Shown piece after piece: positions 18,607 to 27,664 of a stretch of 64,000 nucleotides of DNA. Source of the DNA: Micavibrio sp. (GTDB lineage: Bacteria > Pseudomonadota > Alphaproteobacteria > UBA9219); the NCBI GenBank assembly GCA_020718105.1, contig DYDA01000004.1, forward strand, positions 6,124 to 70,123. Direction: 5' to 3'. Made by a program: the position numbers and the translations under genes. Every line of letters starts with the position of its first letter. Position 1 is the stretch's first letter. The notes under the pieces are model-generated. The model searched no databases and was not told the origin of the DNA. It worked only from the letters and a program-made list of their open reading frames with translations.

Positions 18607-21036
18607 ATGACTCTTTTTGCTAAACATAAAATCAATTACCGCGATTTTATTCGCGATGTGCGCCCCGCCTCTGTGCGGATCAAGGAGTATTGGAACAAGC
18701 CCGATATTTTTGCGGCTGTTGCGATTATGGCTGTTATTGGCGTTTTAGCATCACCGGTTACGGCGGCTTGGAGTGATGCGATCCTTATCTTTATGATTTT
18801 TTATGCGCGTTGGGTTTTGCTTAAAACGTCGTTTGAACTTCCTTTGAAGATGCCGATGCAGGCCGCGCCCTTGCCCGATCCGCATAATCCTAAACCCGGA
18901 AAAGGCGGCGCAGGTAAGTCGGAAGGTATTTTATACCTTGGTAATTTGGATGAGGAAAAGCATCCGGAAAATGGGCGCGAGCTTTGGCTCACCAACGCCG
19001 ATGCCCGCACGCATATGTTGTTTTTGGGAACGACAGGTTCGGGCAAGACAGAGGGGCTTAAGTCGCTGGTCGCCAATTCTCTGACATGGGGATCGGGCTT
19101 CGTTTATGTTGATGGTAAGGCCGATACGGATTTGTGGGCCTCGCTTTATGCTTTGGTGCGGCGGTTTGGTCGCGACGATGATATTTTGGCGCTTAACTAC
19201 ATGACCGCGAACTCGGATAGCGGCGCGGTATCGAATACGATGAATCCGTTTTCCAACGGCTCTGCGTCTTATATCACCAACATGGTTGTTAGTTTGATGC
19301 CTGACGCAGGCGGCGATAACGCCATGTGGAAAGAACGTGCCGTGGCTTTGATGGGCGCGCTTATGCCCGCGCTGACGTGGAAGCGTGATCGCGGCGATAT
19401 CTTACTCGATGTCAGCGCTTTGCGCGATTACATTGAATTGCCCGCGATCATTCGCCTTTCGCGTGATCCTGATTTGCCAGAGCGCATTTTGCGTGGCCTG
19501 CAGGGGTATTTAACGACATTGCCAGGTTATATTGATGCGGCGTTTGATGACGAAGGAAACGAGAAGCCGCCTTCGCCCGATCAGCCCATGTATGATTTGC
19601 AAGTGGCGCGGCAACAACATGGCTATTTGTCCATGCAGTTTACGCGTTCCTTGCAATCACTGGCCGATGATTATGGTTATATTTTCCGCGCTCAATTGGC
19701 CGATGTCGATGTTTTGGATGTTGTCATCAATCGCCGCGTTCTTGTCGTTTTGATCCCTTCGCTTGAGAAATCGGGCGATGAAGCGGCAAACCTTGGTAAA
19801 ATCGTTGTGGCCAGCATGAAGGGCATGATGGGCGCGACGCTGGGCAACACGGTCGAAGGCAGTTGGGAAAGTGCGATTGGCAGCAAGCAAACGCGCTCAC
19901 AATCGTCGTTCATGGCCGTGTTTGACGAGGTGGGGTATTACACCGCGCCCGGTATGGCCGTGATGGCGGCGCAAGCGCGTTCCCTTGGATTCTCGCTCAT
20001 CTTTGCGGCGCAGGATTTGCCGTCGATGGAAAAACGCGTCAAGCAAGAGGCGCAGTCTATTTTGGCGAACTGTAACTTGAAGATTTTCGGCAAGATTGAA
20101 GACCCCGGTGACACGAAAAAGTTTTTTGAGGATCATGCAGGCTCGGAGTTCGTGATGGATGCCAGCGGCATGGAGGCAAGGCACGACACCGTTTCAAGTA
20201 TGTTTTTGTCGCATGCTTTTTATGACAACCATAAATCCACAGGCTTGCAGGTTCGTCCTCGCGCTGTTTATGATCATTTGCGTGGACAGCGTGAAGGCGA
20301 AGTCCATATGCTCTTCGCGCAGTATATCGTTCGTGCCCGTATGTTTTATGCTGTTCCGGATAGGGCGGGCGCTTTGCGGGTGCATAAACTTTTGCCCGTT
20401 CCTGCAACCACGGATCTGCTTAAGAATCGCGAACGGATCATCGCTGAGGTGGCCACGCGACTCAATGATTCGTCATGGACAGCGGCCAGTGCCGCGCCTG
20501 CACAAAAAACGCCGCCTGAAATTGCTGGCCTTGTTGCGGGGCTTGAGGCCGCTAAAGCTGCGGGGAAAACCGCTGTTGAGGCGGTCGCGGCGGCGGTCGG
20601 CGGATTGCCTAAGGTGGTCACGTCGCCTCAGCGTTTGTTTGAGGGGGATGATGGGACTGCGGCGGCTCCGGCGACAAGCGCTCATCCAAAAAGCGCCTCG
20701 TCAAAGAGCGGTGGCGGTGTCGGGAGTTCTGTCGTTATGCCGTGGGAGACGCCAGCGGGCGCGCCTTCGGCGCAGACGCCAACAGATGCGCCTTCAGCGC
20801 AGGGGGCCGAAGACTTGTTGGAATCTTTTGAGGAAAGCCCTATGGACGGGGTGGATACCAGCGGATTCCTTCCTCATGATCTTGATACCAGCATCGTGCC
20901 GCGTGTCGAGGTTGAGGGAGACGGCACGGACATCACAAAGTTAAAACTGCCCGATGACATGACGGCCTATCTTGAAAACATGGCAGATAAGCTGAACAAA
21001 GGGCTTGGCAGCGATGCCGCAAAGGATACGGATTAA
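18607..21036 (+). CDS. DotL/IcmO-like type IV coupling protein (VirD4/TraG family ATPase)
   Basis: 809 aa. N-terminal TM pair. Walker A LGTTGSGKTEGLKS and Walker B-like VFDEVGY. Long acidic, disordered C-terminal tail (EDLLESFEESPMDGVDTSGF...) resembling the adaptor-binding tail of DotL. Confidence 0.65.
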   Translation: MTLFAKHKINYRDFIRDVRPASVRIKEYWNKPDIFAAVAIMAVIGVLASPVTAAWSDAILIFMIFYARWVLLKTSFELPLKMPMQAAPLPDPHNPKPGKGGAGKSEGILYLGNLDEEKHPENGRELWLTNADARTHMLFLGTTGSGKTEGLKSLVANSLTWGSGFVYVDGKADTDLWASLYALVRRFGRDDDILALNYMTANSDSGAVSNTMNPFSNGSASYITNMVVSLMPDAGGDNAMWKERAVALMGALMPALTWKRDRGDILLDVSALRDYIELPAIIRLSRDPDLPERILRGLQGYLTTLPGYIDAAFDDEGNEKPPSPDQPMYDLQVARQQHGYLSMQFTRSLQSLADDYGYIFRAQLADVDVLDVVINRRVLVVLIPSLEKSGDEAANLGKIVVASMKGMMGATLGNTVEGSWESAIGSKQTRSQSSFMAVFDEVGYYTAPGMAVMAAQARSLGFSLIFAAQDLPSMEKRVKQEAQSILANCNLKIFGKIEDPGDTKKFFEDHAGSEFVMDASGMEARHDTVSSMFLSHAFYDNHKSTGLQVRPRAVYDHLRGQREGEVHMLFAQYIVRARMFYAVPDRAGALRVHKLLPVPATTDLLKNRERIIAEVATRLNDSSWTAASAAPAQKTPPEIAGLVAGLEAAKAAGKTAVEAVAAAVGGLPKVVTSPQRLFEGDDGTAAAPATSAHPKSASSKSGGGVGSSVVMPWETPAGAPSAQTPTDAPSAQGAEDLLESFEESPMDGVDTSGFLPHDLDTSIVPRVEVEGDGTDITKLKLPDDMTAYLENMADKLNKGLGSDAAKDTD

Positions 21037-21039
21037 ACG

Positions 21040-22071
21040 GTGCGTATCCTTCATATCATGGCTGGGCGGGGGCAGGGCGGTGCCGAAACCTATTCCGTTG
21101 ATATTATGTTGAGCCTTAAGGCCAGCGGGATTGATGGCCTTGCTGTGGTGGCGGGGGATGCTCCGCGTACGGCTGAATTACGTGCGGCGGGCGTGCGGGT
21201 TGAGACTGGCGTTTTAAGCCTTCCTTTTCGTTTTATTCAAAGATGGCGGCTTAAAAAACTTATAGAAAAAGAAAAGCCTGATTTAATCCATTGCTGGATG
21301 CGCCGCGCCGCCAGTTTATTGCCGCCTGATTTGTCTTGTCCTGTCATTGGGTGGTTCGGCGGTTATTACGATCCCAAAAACTTTAAGCGTTGCAGCCATT
21401 TTGTAGGGGTCACCAAAGACATCGTTGCGCATCAGGTTGCCAAGGGCGTGGCGGCGGACAAAGCTTTTTATGTGCCAACCTTTCCCGATGTGCGCGAGGA
21501 AAGCCCTGTGGACAGGGCCAGCCTTCAAACGGCGCCTTCCGCGCCCGTCGTGTTGGCGCTCTCGCGGTTGCACAAAAAGAAAGGGTTGGACACGCTCCTT
21601 TATGCGGCCAAGTTTGTGCCCGATGCCATTTTTTGGCTGGCTGGTGAGGGGCCTTTGCGAAGCGAGTTGGAAAAATTGAGCCGCAAGTTAGGGGTGGAAG
21701 CGCGTGTGCGGTTTTTGGGCTGGCGTACGGATCGTGGCGCTCTTTTGCGGTCGGCGAATGTCTGTGTTTTGCCTTCGCGCTATGAGCCTTTCGGAACGGT
21801 TATTTTAGAGGCGTGGGCGGCGGGAACGCCTTTGGTGGCAGCCAAAAGCGCAGGCCCTGCGGCTCATATTGATGATGGGAAAAATGGCCTTTTGGTTCCC
21901 ATTGATGATCCTGAAGCGTTGGGGAAGGCTCTTGCCCAAGCCTTAAAGGATGAGCCTTTGCGGCATCGGTTGATTGCGACGGGCTTTGATACTTATAGCC
22001 GTTCTTATACGCGTAAGGCGGTGACCGAGAAAATGATCGCGCTTTATAACAGGTTGATTTTGGCGGCCTAG
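21040..22071 (+). CDS. glycosyltransferase family 4 (GT-B, retaining)
   Basis: E-x7-E motif region EPFGTVILEAWAAGTPLVA. Typical RfaG/WcaL-like C-terminal domain. GTG start 4 nt after the DotL-like stop. Confidence 0.8.
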   Translation: MRILHIMAGRGQGGAETYSVDIMLSLKASGIDGLAVVAGDAPRTAELRAAGVRVETGVLSLPFRFIQRWRLKKLIEKEKPDLIHCWMRRAASLLPPDLSCPVIGWFGGYYDPKNFKRCSHFVGVTKDIVAHQVAKGVAADKAFYVPTFPDVREESPVDRASLQTAPSAPVVLALSRLHKKKGLDTLLYAAKFVPDAIFWLAGEGPLRSELEKLSRKLGVEARVRFLGWRTDRGALLRSANVCVLPSRYEPFGTVILEAWAAGTPLVAAKSAGPAAHIDDGKNGLLVPIDDPEALGKALAQALKDEPLRHRLIATGFDTYSRSYTRKAVTEKMIALYNRLILAA

Positions 22072-22271
22072 GTAGGGCTGGGCGTGACGTTTTCGGCACA
22101 ATGGGGCTTAAAAACTTAAAATTTATTTCTCTGCGCAAGTTCAAGCTGACAAACGGTTATGGTTAATGTACAAAGGAAGCCTAGCCTTTGGCGGGCTTTC
22201 TCCTTCCGTTTTTTGGAAAAGACACCGCCCCCCTGTCGTTTTTTGTTTCTCATATTGAATGGATCCAGCCC

Positions 22272-23672
22272 ATGACTGAGACGTTTCTTGAAAACAAGAC
22301 GTTCGATGAAATCAATGTCGGCGATTTTGCCAAGATCACGCGCAAGTTGACGCGGCGCGATATTGAGCTTTTTGCCGTTGTGTCGGGGGATAACAACCCC
22401 TCGCATCTTGACGAAGACTTTTCGTTTAAGGGGCGCTTTCATGGCGTTGTTGCTCATGGCATGTTGAGCGGCGCGATGTTCTCGGCTGTTTTGGGAACCA
22501 AGCTGCCCGGCCCTGGGACGGTTTATTTAGAGCAGGGCATTAAATTCCTTAAGCCCGTTCGTCCCGATGACACGATTGAGGTGACGGTAACTGTGGCGTC
22601 AAAAGATACGGAACATAAAACCGTTACGTTGAATTGCATCGGCATCAATCAACGCGCCGAAGAGGTCATCATCGGCATCGCCACTGTTTTGGCGCCGTTA
22701 GAAAAAATACGCCATAGCTGCCAAGACCTGCCTGAGATTAACATTCTGCACCATGACCGCATGGGGCTGATGATCCAAAAGGCGCAAGGGCATGATCCTT
22801 TGCGCACAGCCGTTGTGCATCCTTGCGATGCGACGTCCTTAACGGGCATGGATGAAGCGCGCAAAGCCGGATTGATCTTTCCTGTTTTGGTGGGGCCAGA
22901 GGCGAAGATTAGGGCGGCTGCGCAAGCCGCTGGCGTTTCTCTTGAGGGCTGTGAGATTGTTAATGTCGAGCATAGCCATGAGGCGGCCATTGTGTCCGTT
23001 GCTATGGCGCGAGAAGGCAAAGTGGGCGCGTTGATGAAGGGCGCTCTTCATACGGATGAGCTGATGGGGGCGGTCGTTCATAAGGATCGCGGCCTTCGTA
23101 CTGAAAGCCGGATGAGCCATATTTTCGTGATGGACGTGCCGACGTATAAGTTCCCGCTTTTGATTTCAGACGCGGCGCTGAATATCGCCCCCGATCTTGA
23201 AAGCAAAAAGCATATCACGCAAAACGCTATTTATATGGCTCATGCGCTGGGGCTTTTGGATCCCAAGGTGGCTATTCTGGCGGCGGCAGAAACGGTCAGT
23301 TTCGGCATGCCAGCAACGATGGATGCGGCTATCCTTTGCAAGATGGCGCATCGCAAGCAGATTGTCGGTGCGACCTTGGATGGCCCCTTGGCTTTTGATA
23401 ACGCGATCAGCATGGAGGCGGTTAAGATCAAGGGCATTGAATCGCGTGTAGCGGGACAAGCTGATGTGCTTATCGTTCCCAATATCGAAGCGGGCAATAT
23501 GCTGGCCAAACAGTTGGCTTATCTTGGCGCTGCCGAGGCGGCTGGGATCGTTTTGGGGGCCAAGGTTCCCATTATGTTGACGAGCCGTGCGGATCCACCT
23601 CATGCGCGCTTAGCCTCAGCGGCTTTGGCGGTGTTGGCCAACATTGAACAAAAAAGTCGGATGGGAGAATAA
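22272..23672 (+). CDS. bifunctional MaoC-like dehydratase / phosphate acetyl(butyryl)transferase
   Basis: N-terminal hot-dog MaoC motif (SGDNNPSHLDEDF). C-terminal Pta/Ptb domain (pattern resembles the phosphotransacylase active-site region). Start placed at MTETF (22272) rather than at the ORF-track start. Confidence 0.7.
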   Translation: MTETFLENKTFDEINVGDFAKITRKLTRRDIELFAVVSGDNNPSHLDEDFSFKGRFHGVVAHGMLSGAMFSAVLGTKLPGPGTVYLEQGIKFLKPVRPDDTIEVTVTVASKDTEHKTVTLNCIGINQRAEEVIIGIATVLAPLEKIRHSCQDLPEINILHHDRMGLMIQKAQGHDPLRTAVVHPCDATSLTGMDEARKAGLIFPVLVGPEAKIRAAAQAAGVSLEGCEIVNVEHSHEAAIVSVAMAREGKVGALMKGALHTDELMGAVVHKDRGLRTESRMSHIFVMDVPTYKFPLLISDAALNIAPDLESKKHITQNAIYMAHALGLLDPKVAILAAAETVSFGMPATMDAAILCKMAHRKQIVGATLDGPLAFDNAISMEAVKIKGIESRVAGQADVLIVPNIEAGNMLAKQLAYLGAAEAAGIVLGAKVPIMLTSRADPPHARLASAALAVLANIEQKSRMGE

Positions 23673-23675
23673 AAC

Positions 23676-24881
23676 ATGGAACAGAAATCTGCCGTTCTGG
23701 TCATGAACGCTGGCTCATCGAGTCTGAAGTTTGCTTTGTTCATGGGCGCGAAGGATGACTGCATCGGGCGCGGCTCGATCACAGGCATTGGCACAAAGGC
23801 TGTTTTTGAAGCCAAGGGGCCTGGGTTTGACGGAAAAAAACAACCCGTTGTCAACGATGACCTTTGTAAATCACCGTCGGATGCAGCGCGTATTTTGCTG
23901 GACTGGCTTGATGAAATTATGCCTGAAGTTTCTTTGGTCGGCGTCGGTCATCGCGTTGTGCATGGCGGCGATTTGGCCAAGCCTTCTATCGTCAGGCCTT
24001 ATATTCTTGCGTATTTGAAGACGCTGATTCCTTTGGCTCCTTTGCACCAGCCCTTTAACTTGGACATTGTTGAGTTTATTCAGTCCATTCGCCCCAACGT
24101 GCCGCAAGTCGCTTGCTTTGATACGGCGTTTCACACGACGGTTCCTTCTTTGCAAACGCGCTATCCTATTCCGCGCATTTGGCATGAAAAGGGCGTGCGT
24201 CGTTATGGCTTCCATGGCCTGTCTTATGAATATATTGCGGGACGCATGAAAGATGTCGCGCCTGCCGCTTATGCGGGCAAGACCCTTGTCATGCATCTTG
24301 GCAACGGGGCCAGTATGTGCGCGATGGAGGGCGGCAAAAGCTTTACGACATCGATGGGCTTTTCGGTGTTGGATGGCATCATGATGGGAACGCGCCCCGG
24401 ATCGCTTGATCCCGGCGTGATTTTGTATTTCTTGCGCGAAGCCAAGTTGGATGAGCCAGCGATTGAGCGGATGCTTTATCATGATTCAGGCCTTCGTGGC
24501 GTGTCGGGGATCAGCAACGACATGGGCGTTTTGCTGAAAAGCGATTCCCCCAACGCGCGTGAAGCGGTTGATTTATTTTGTCTTCGCATCACCAAAGAAT
24601 CGGCGGGATTGATTAGCTTGTTGGGTGGCGCGGACGCGATTGTCTTTACAGGCGGCATGGGCGAAAACGCCGTGACCATTCGCGCTCAGGTTTTGGAATC
24701 GCTTGCATGGATGGGCGTTAAATATGACGCCGATAAAAATGCCAATGCGCCTCGTGGGCAAGAAGTGCTTATCTCGTCAGCCGATAGCAAGATTCAAGTT
24801 TGGCTTATCCCCACGAACGAGGAAGTCATCATCTCGCGGCACACGCGTGAGGCGATCGATCATGTTGAAGCCAAACATTGA
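23676..24881 (+). CDS. ackA: acetate/propionate-family kinase (acetate kinase)
   Basis: N-terminus VLVMNAGSSSLKFALF is the acetate-kinase phosphate-1 signature. 401 aa. Directly downstream of the Pta-like gene. Confidence 0.85.
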   Translation: MEQKSAVLVMNAGSSSLKFALFMGAKDDCIGRGSITGIGTKAVFEAKGPGFDGKKQPVVNDDLCKSPSDAARILLDWLDEIMPEVSLVGVGHRVVHGGDLAKPSIVRPYILAYLKTLIPLAPLHQPFNLDIVEFIQSIRPNVPQVACFDTAFHTTVPSLQTRYPIPRIWHEKGVRRYGFHGLSYEYIAGRMKDVAPAAYAGKTLVMHLGNGASMCAMEGGKSFTTSMGFSVLDGIMMGTRPGSLDPGVILYFLREAKLDEPAIERMLYHDSGLRGVSGISNDMGVLLKSDSPNAREAVDLFCLRITKESAGLISLLGGADAIVFTGGMGENAVTIRAQVLESLAWMGVKYDADKNANAPRGQEVLISSADSKIQVWLIPTNEEVIISRHTREAIDHVEAKH

Positions 24882-24926
24882 CCTGATGATTTAAACGGGG
24901 GCGAGGCGCTAGAAAAATGGGGGCCT

Positions 24927-25199
24927 ATGATAAGCCATTATGATCTGGCGGGCTTGGTTGGCATGAGCCTTGGGCTTTATGCCTATGCTCGCCTTCAGTG
25001 GCAGCGTGAGTATGCGAAGCGGCTGTCTTATTCGCTTCTTAATGCCATTAACGCGTCACTGATGCTTTATTCCTTATCGAACAACTGGAATCTAGCCGCT
25101 TTTGTCAGCATGAGTATTTTTGGCTTGCTCAGCCTTTATGGCGTGTATCGCTGCCTTAAATATCGCTGGAGCGAAAATCAAGCAGCCAAAAGCCCATAA
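24927..25199 (+). CDS. small membrane protein, hypothetical
   Basis: 90 aa with two predicted TM helices. No motif recognised. Confidence 0.3.
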   Translation: MISHYDLAGLVGMSLGLYAYARLQWQREYAKRLSYSLLNAINASLMLYSLSNNWNLAAFVSMSIFGLLSLYGVYRCLKYRWSENQAAKSP

Positions 25200-26650
25200 G
25201 CGTACCAGCCCACCAAGCCTCGCGCCGCAACATCCGTGATGATGTTGTGAACCATCTCATCCGTCGGGGTGGTAGTATCCATGATTTTTGCGGCGAGCGC
25301 TGGATTCTTTTGCACAAGGCGTTGGAGCTCTGGCAGAAGCGCTCCGGCGGAAAGAGAAAGCCCGACGCGATGAATGGCTTGTAGAACCAAGGCGTCGCGG
25401 GCGCTTAGCGTTAGGGATTCTCCAACAATAGAAGAGGCAAGGCGCACCGAGGGGCTGGCAATCGTTGTGTCTGTAAGATAACTGTTGAAGGCGGTCGCCC
25501 AAGCGGGCGCTCGGTGGCTGTTGTCAATTTTGCCTTCATAGTGCGTGCGCATGGGCTGGGCAATGCCACAGGCAACAAGAACATGAATGGCGGCGACGAC
25601 TTCGTCTTGATCCATGCCGTGTCCCGCCGGATGGTTTAAAAAGTCACCGATGCCGACAGGCAAGGTGCACATAAGATCGATAAGGCGCATAAAGAGGGGG
25701 GTCGCAAAGCTGATGGTTCCGCCTTGCGTGGTGTGCGTCGTGGGAACGCGATCCTTGGGTGTGGTAATGCCAAAGGTAAACCGCCCGAACAGCGCCGCCG
25801 GATCGGCGGTTTGCTCGGCGGGACGTTTGACCCAAATGTCGTTTCGGAAAAGACGCTGAAGCGCAAAATCTTTGATGGGTTCGTAAAGAAGATGCTCACG
25901 GCATTGGCTTAAGGTTTCATGCGAAGACGTGGGCGCGGCCAGCTCAAGATAGTTCGCGCCGTAATCGGCATCGCCGACAAAAGAAAAATCACGGGGCAAC
26001 AGGCCTGCCATCGTCTCTAAGGTGCCAGAGGGGCTTTCGCCAACGCTGCCGCAAAGATCAAAGAAGGAGTCTGGTGTTTGCGCGACAATGGCTTTTTCCA
26101 AAGCCGCCTGCGCGATGGGGTGATCGGTGAAATAGGAAACGCCAAGCGTTTTGATTTCGGTGAGAAATTCTTGCGCTTGCACGGCTGTCATCTCTGGCGC
26201 GTATTCCTTGATAAGGAAGCTGAGGGATTCATCGGCGTTGTTATAGGCGCGGTAGCGATAGGCCAGAAGGCCACTTGCGGCCAGATGGTTTTGGGCTAAG
26301 GCAAAAAGGGCTTCTCTCTCTTGCGCTGTAGCGACAGTTTCTGTTTGATCGCAGCATAGATAGGTGAGGCTTGTCGGGAGCTGTTCATTCTTGGCAACAA
26401 AAGTGACGTTGGTAACTTTTTTGGCAAGCGCCATAGCTTGCGCGGCATCGACTTCGTCGCCTTTTACGCCATAAAAAAGGCCTTGCGGGTTGCTGGCAGC
26501 CAAACACAAGAAGGCGTCAAGATCGAAGCCCCCCGTTTGGGCATAAAGGAAAGAGCTTTCGGGGTTGATCGGCAACACGCCCCGTAAGGCGGCGACATAA
26601 TTCAGGCGAACGGGGCTAAGGTCAAAAGCAGGCGCTGTGGCATAAAACAT
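25178..26650 (-). CDS. hypothetical protein (490 aa)
   Basis: Long clean ORF. No signal peptide and no catalytic motif recognised by eye. Possibly a methyltransferase-regulatory-like domain, unverified. Confidence 0.4.
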   Translation of the reverse strand: MFYATAPAFDLSPVRLNYVAALRGVLPINPESSFLYAQTGGFDLDAFLCLAASNPQGLFYGVKGDEVDAAQAMALAKKVTNVTFVAKNEQLPTSLTYLCCDQTETVATAQEREALFALAQNHLAASGLLAYRYRAYNNADESLSFLIKEYAPEMTAVQAQEFLTEIKTLGVSYFTDHPIAQAALEKAIVAQTPDSFFDLCGSVGESPSGTLETMAGLLPRDFSFVGDADYGANYLELAAPTSSHETLSQCREHLLYEPIKDFALQRLFRNDIWVKRPAEQTADPAALFGRFTFGITTPKDRVPTTHTTQGGTISFATPLFMRLIDLMCTLPVGIGDFLNHPAGHGMDQDEVVAAIHVLVACGIAQPMRTHYEGKIDNSHRAPAWATAFNSYLTDTTIASPSVRLASSIVGESLTLSARDALVLQAIHRVGLSLSAGALLPELQRLVQKNPALAAKIMDTTTPTDEMVHNIITDVAARGLVGWYAYGLLAA

Positions 26651-26676
26651 AAGGGGGTTATCCTTTCAAAAAGCGA

Positions 26677-27651
26677 TTAAAGATATCGAAGAATGGAAAG
26701 TTTGATCAAGTTTGACACGGCAGAATAGGACGCCTCAAGCTGAGCTTGCAGCGTTGTAATTTTAACGGCGACCTCGTTCATGTCAACACCTTCAATGGTG
26801 TCTACCTGATCTTTCAGGCTTGTTATTTTTGACGAGATGTTGGTTTTGGCTTTGGTCAGGGTTGAGGCGGCGTTGACAGAATCCGTATGTGTGGCGCGGG
26901 TGTTGGCAAGCCCCGTTGAAATAAGATTGCGCGCTGTGGTCATATAGGTTTCATAGTTGGTTGGATCCTGCGTCGCGGCATAGGCAAAACGCAGCCCCAT
27001 AATCAATTGCTGAAAGCCATCTTCATTGCTGGTCACGCCATAGGTTAGTTTTTTTGTCGTGTCGATAGAGGTTTGTTCATTAATGTTGGCCTCTGGGACA
27101 AGGGCTGTCGGAGCGAGAGGATCGTAATCTGTATCGTAGGCCGGAACGGCATCGCCTGTCGCCAAATAGGGAGTAACTTCGGTCGGTGGAACGGGAAGCG
27201 CCATGAGGTCGCCCACGGGCGCTTGGCCATAACGGCTGCCCGAAAAAATAAAACGATCCCCCACTTGTTGGTTCAAGTAATAGGACATTTGTTCCATGTA
27301 GCCCTCAATCTGACTGGCGAGGGAGGCGTTTGTCGTGCTGTTATAGGTGGAGGCGCTGGAAACAGAGGTAAACGCTTCGGAGGCTGTGTCTTCGATGGAC
27401 GTCATCGCGCTGTTATAAACTTCCATGCGCGGCGAAATAGACTCGATGACGTTGAGAAAGCCTTTTTGCTGTACAACCTCGCTGTTGAAATTAAGCAGTT
27501 TTTGCGCGCTGGCAGAGGAATAGTCCGTTAGGTTGGAAGAATACTTGCCCGTCGTCAATTGCTCTGACAATTTCGAGAGCAAGGTTTGCCCCGACGTCAG
27601 ATTTTTCGTGCTTGAAAGATTAAGGCCCATTGTGCTGATGGAATCGACCAT
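26677..27651 (-). CDS. flgL: flagellar hook-associated protein 3 FlgL (flagellin-fold)
   Basis: Immediately downstream of flgK on the same strand. Flagellin-like N- and C-terminal helical segments (C-terminus LQAQLEASYSAVSNLIKLSIL). Ser/Thr-rich variable middle. Confidence 0.5.
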   Translation of the reverse strand: MVDSISTMGLNLSSTKNLTSGQTLLSKLSEQLTTGKYSSNLTDYSSASAQKLLNFNSEVVQQKGFLNVIESISPRMEVYNSAMTSIEDTASEAFTSVSSASTYNSTTNASLASQIEGYMEQMSYYLNQQVGDRFIFSGSRYGQAPVGDLMALPVPPTEVTPYLATGDAVPAYDTDYDPLAPTALVPEANINEQTSIDTTKKLTYGVTSNEDGFQQLIMGLRFAYAATQDPTNYETYMTTARNLISTGLANTRATHTDSVNAASTLTKAKTNISSKITSLKDQVDTIEGVDMNEVAVKITTLQAQLEASYSAVSNLIKLSILRYL

Positions 27652-27664
27652 GCGGAAGCGTCCT

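Noticed and set aside
20159-20944. 261-aa plus-strand ORF overlapping the 3' half of the DotL-like gene
   Set aside because: Out-of-frame overlap with a CDS that has Walker motifs. Arg-rich low-complexity translation.
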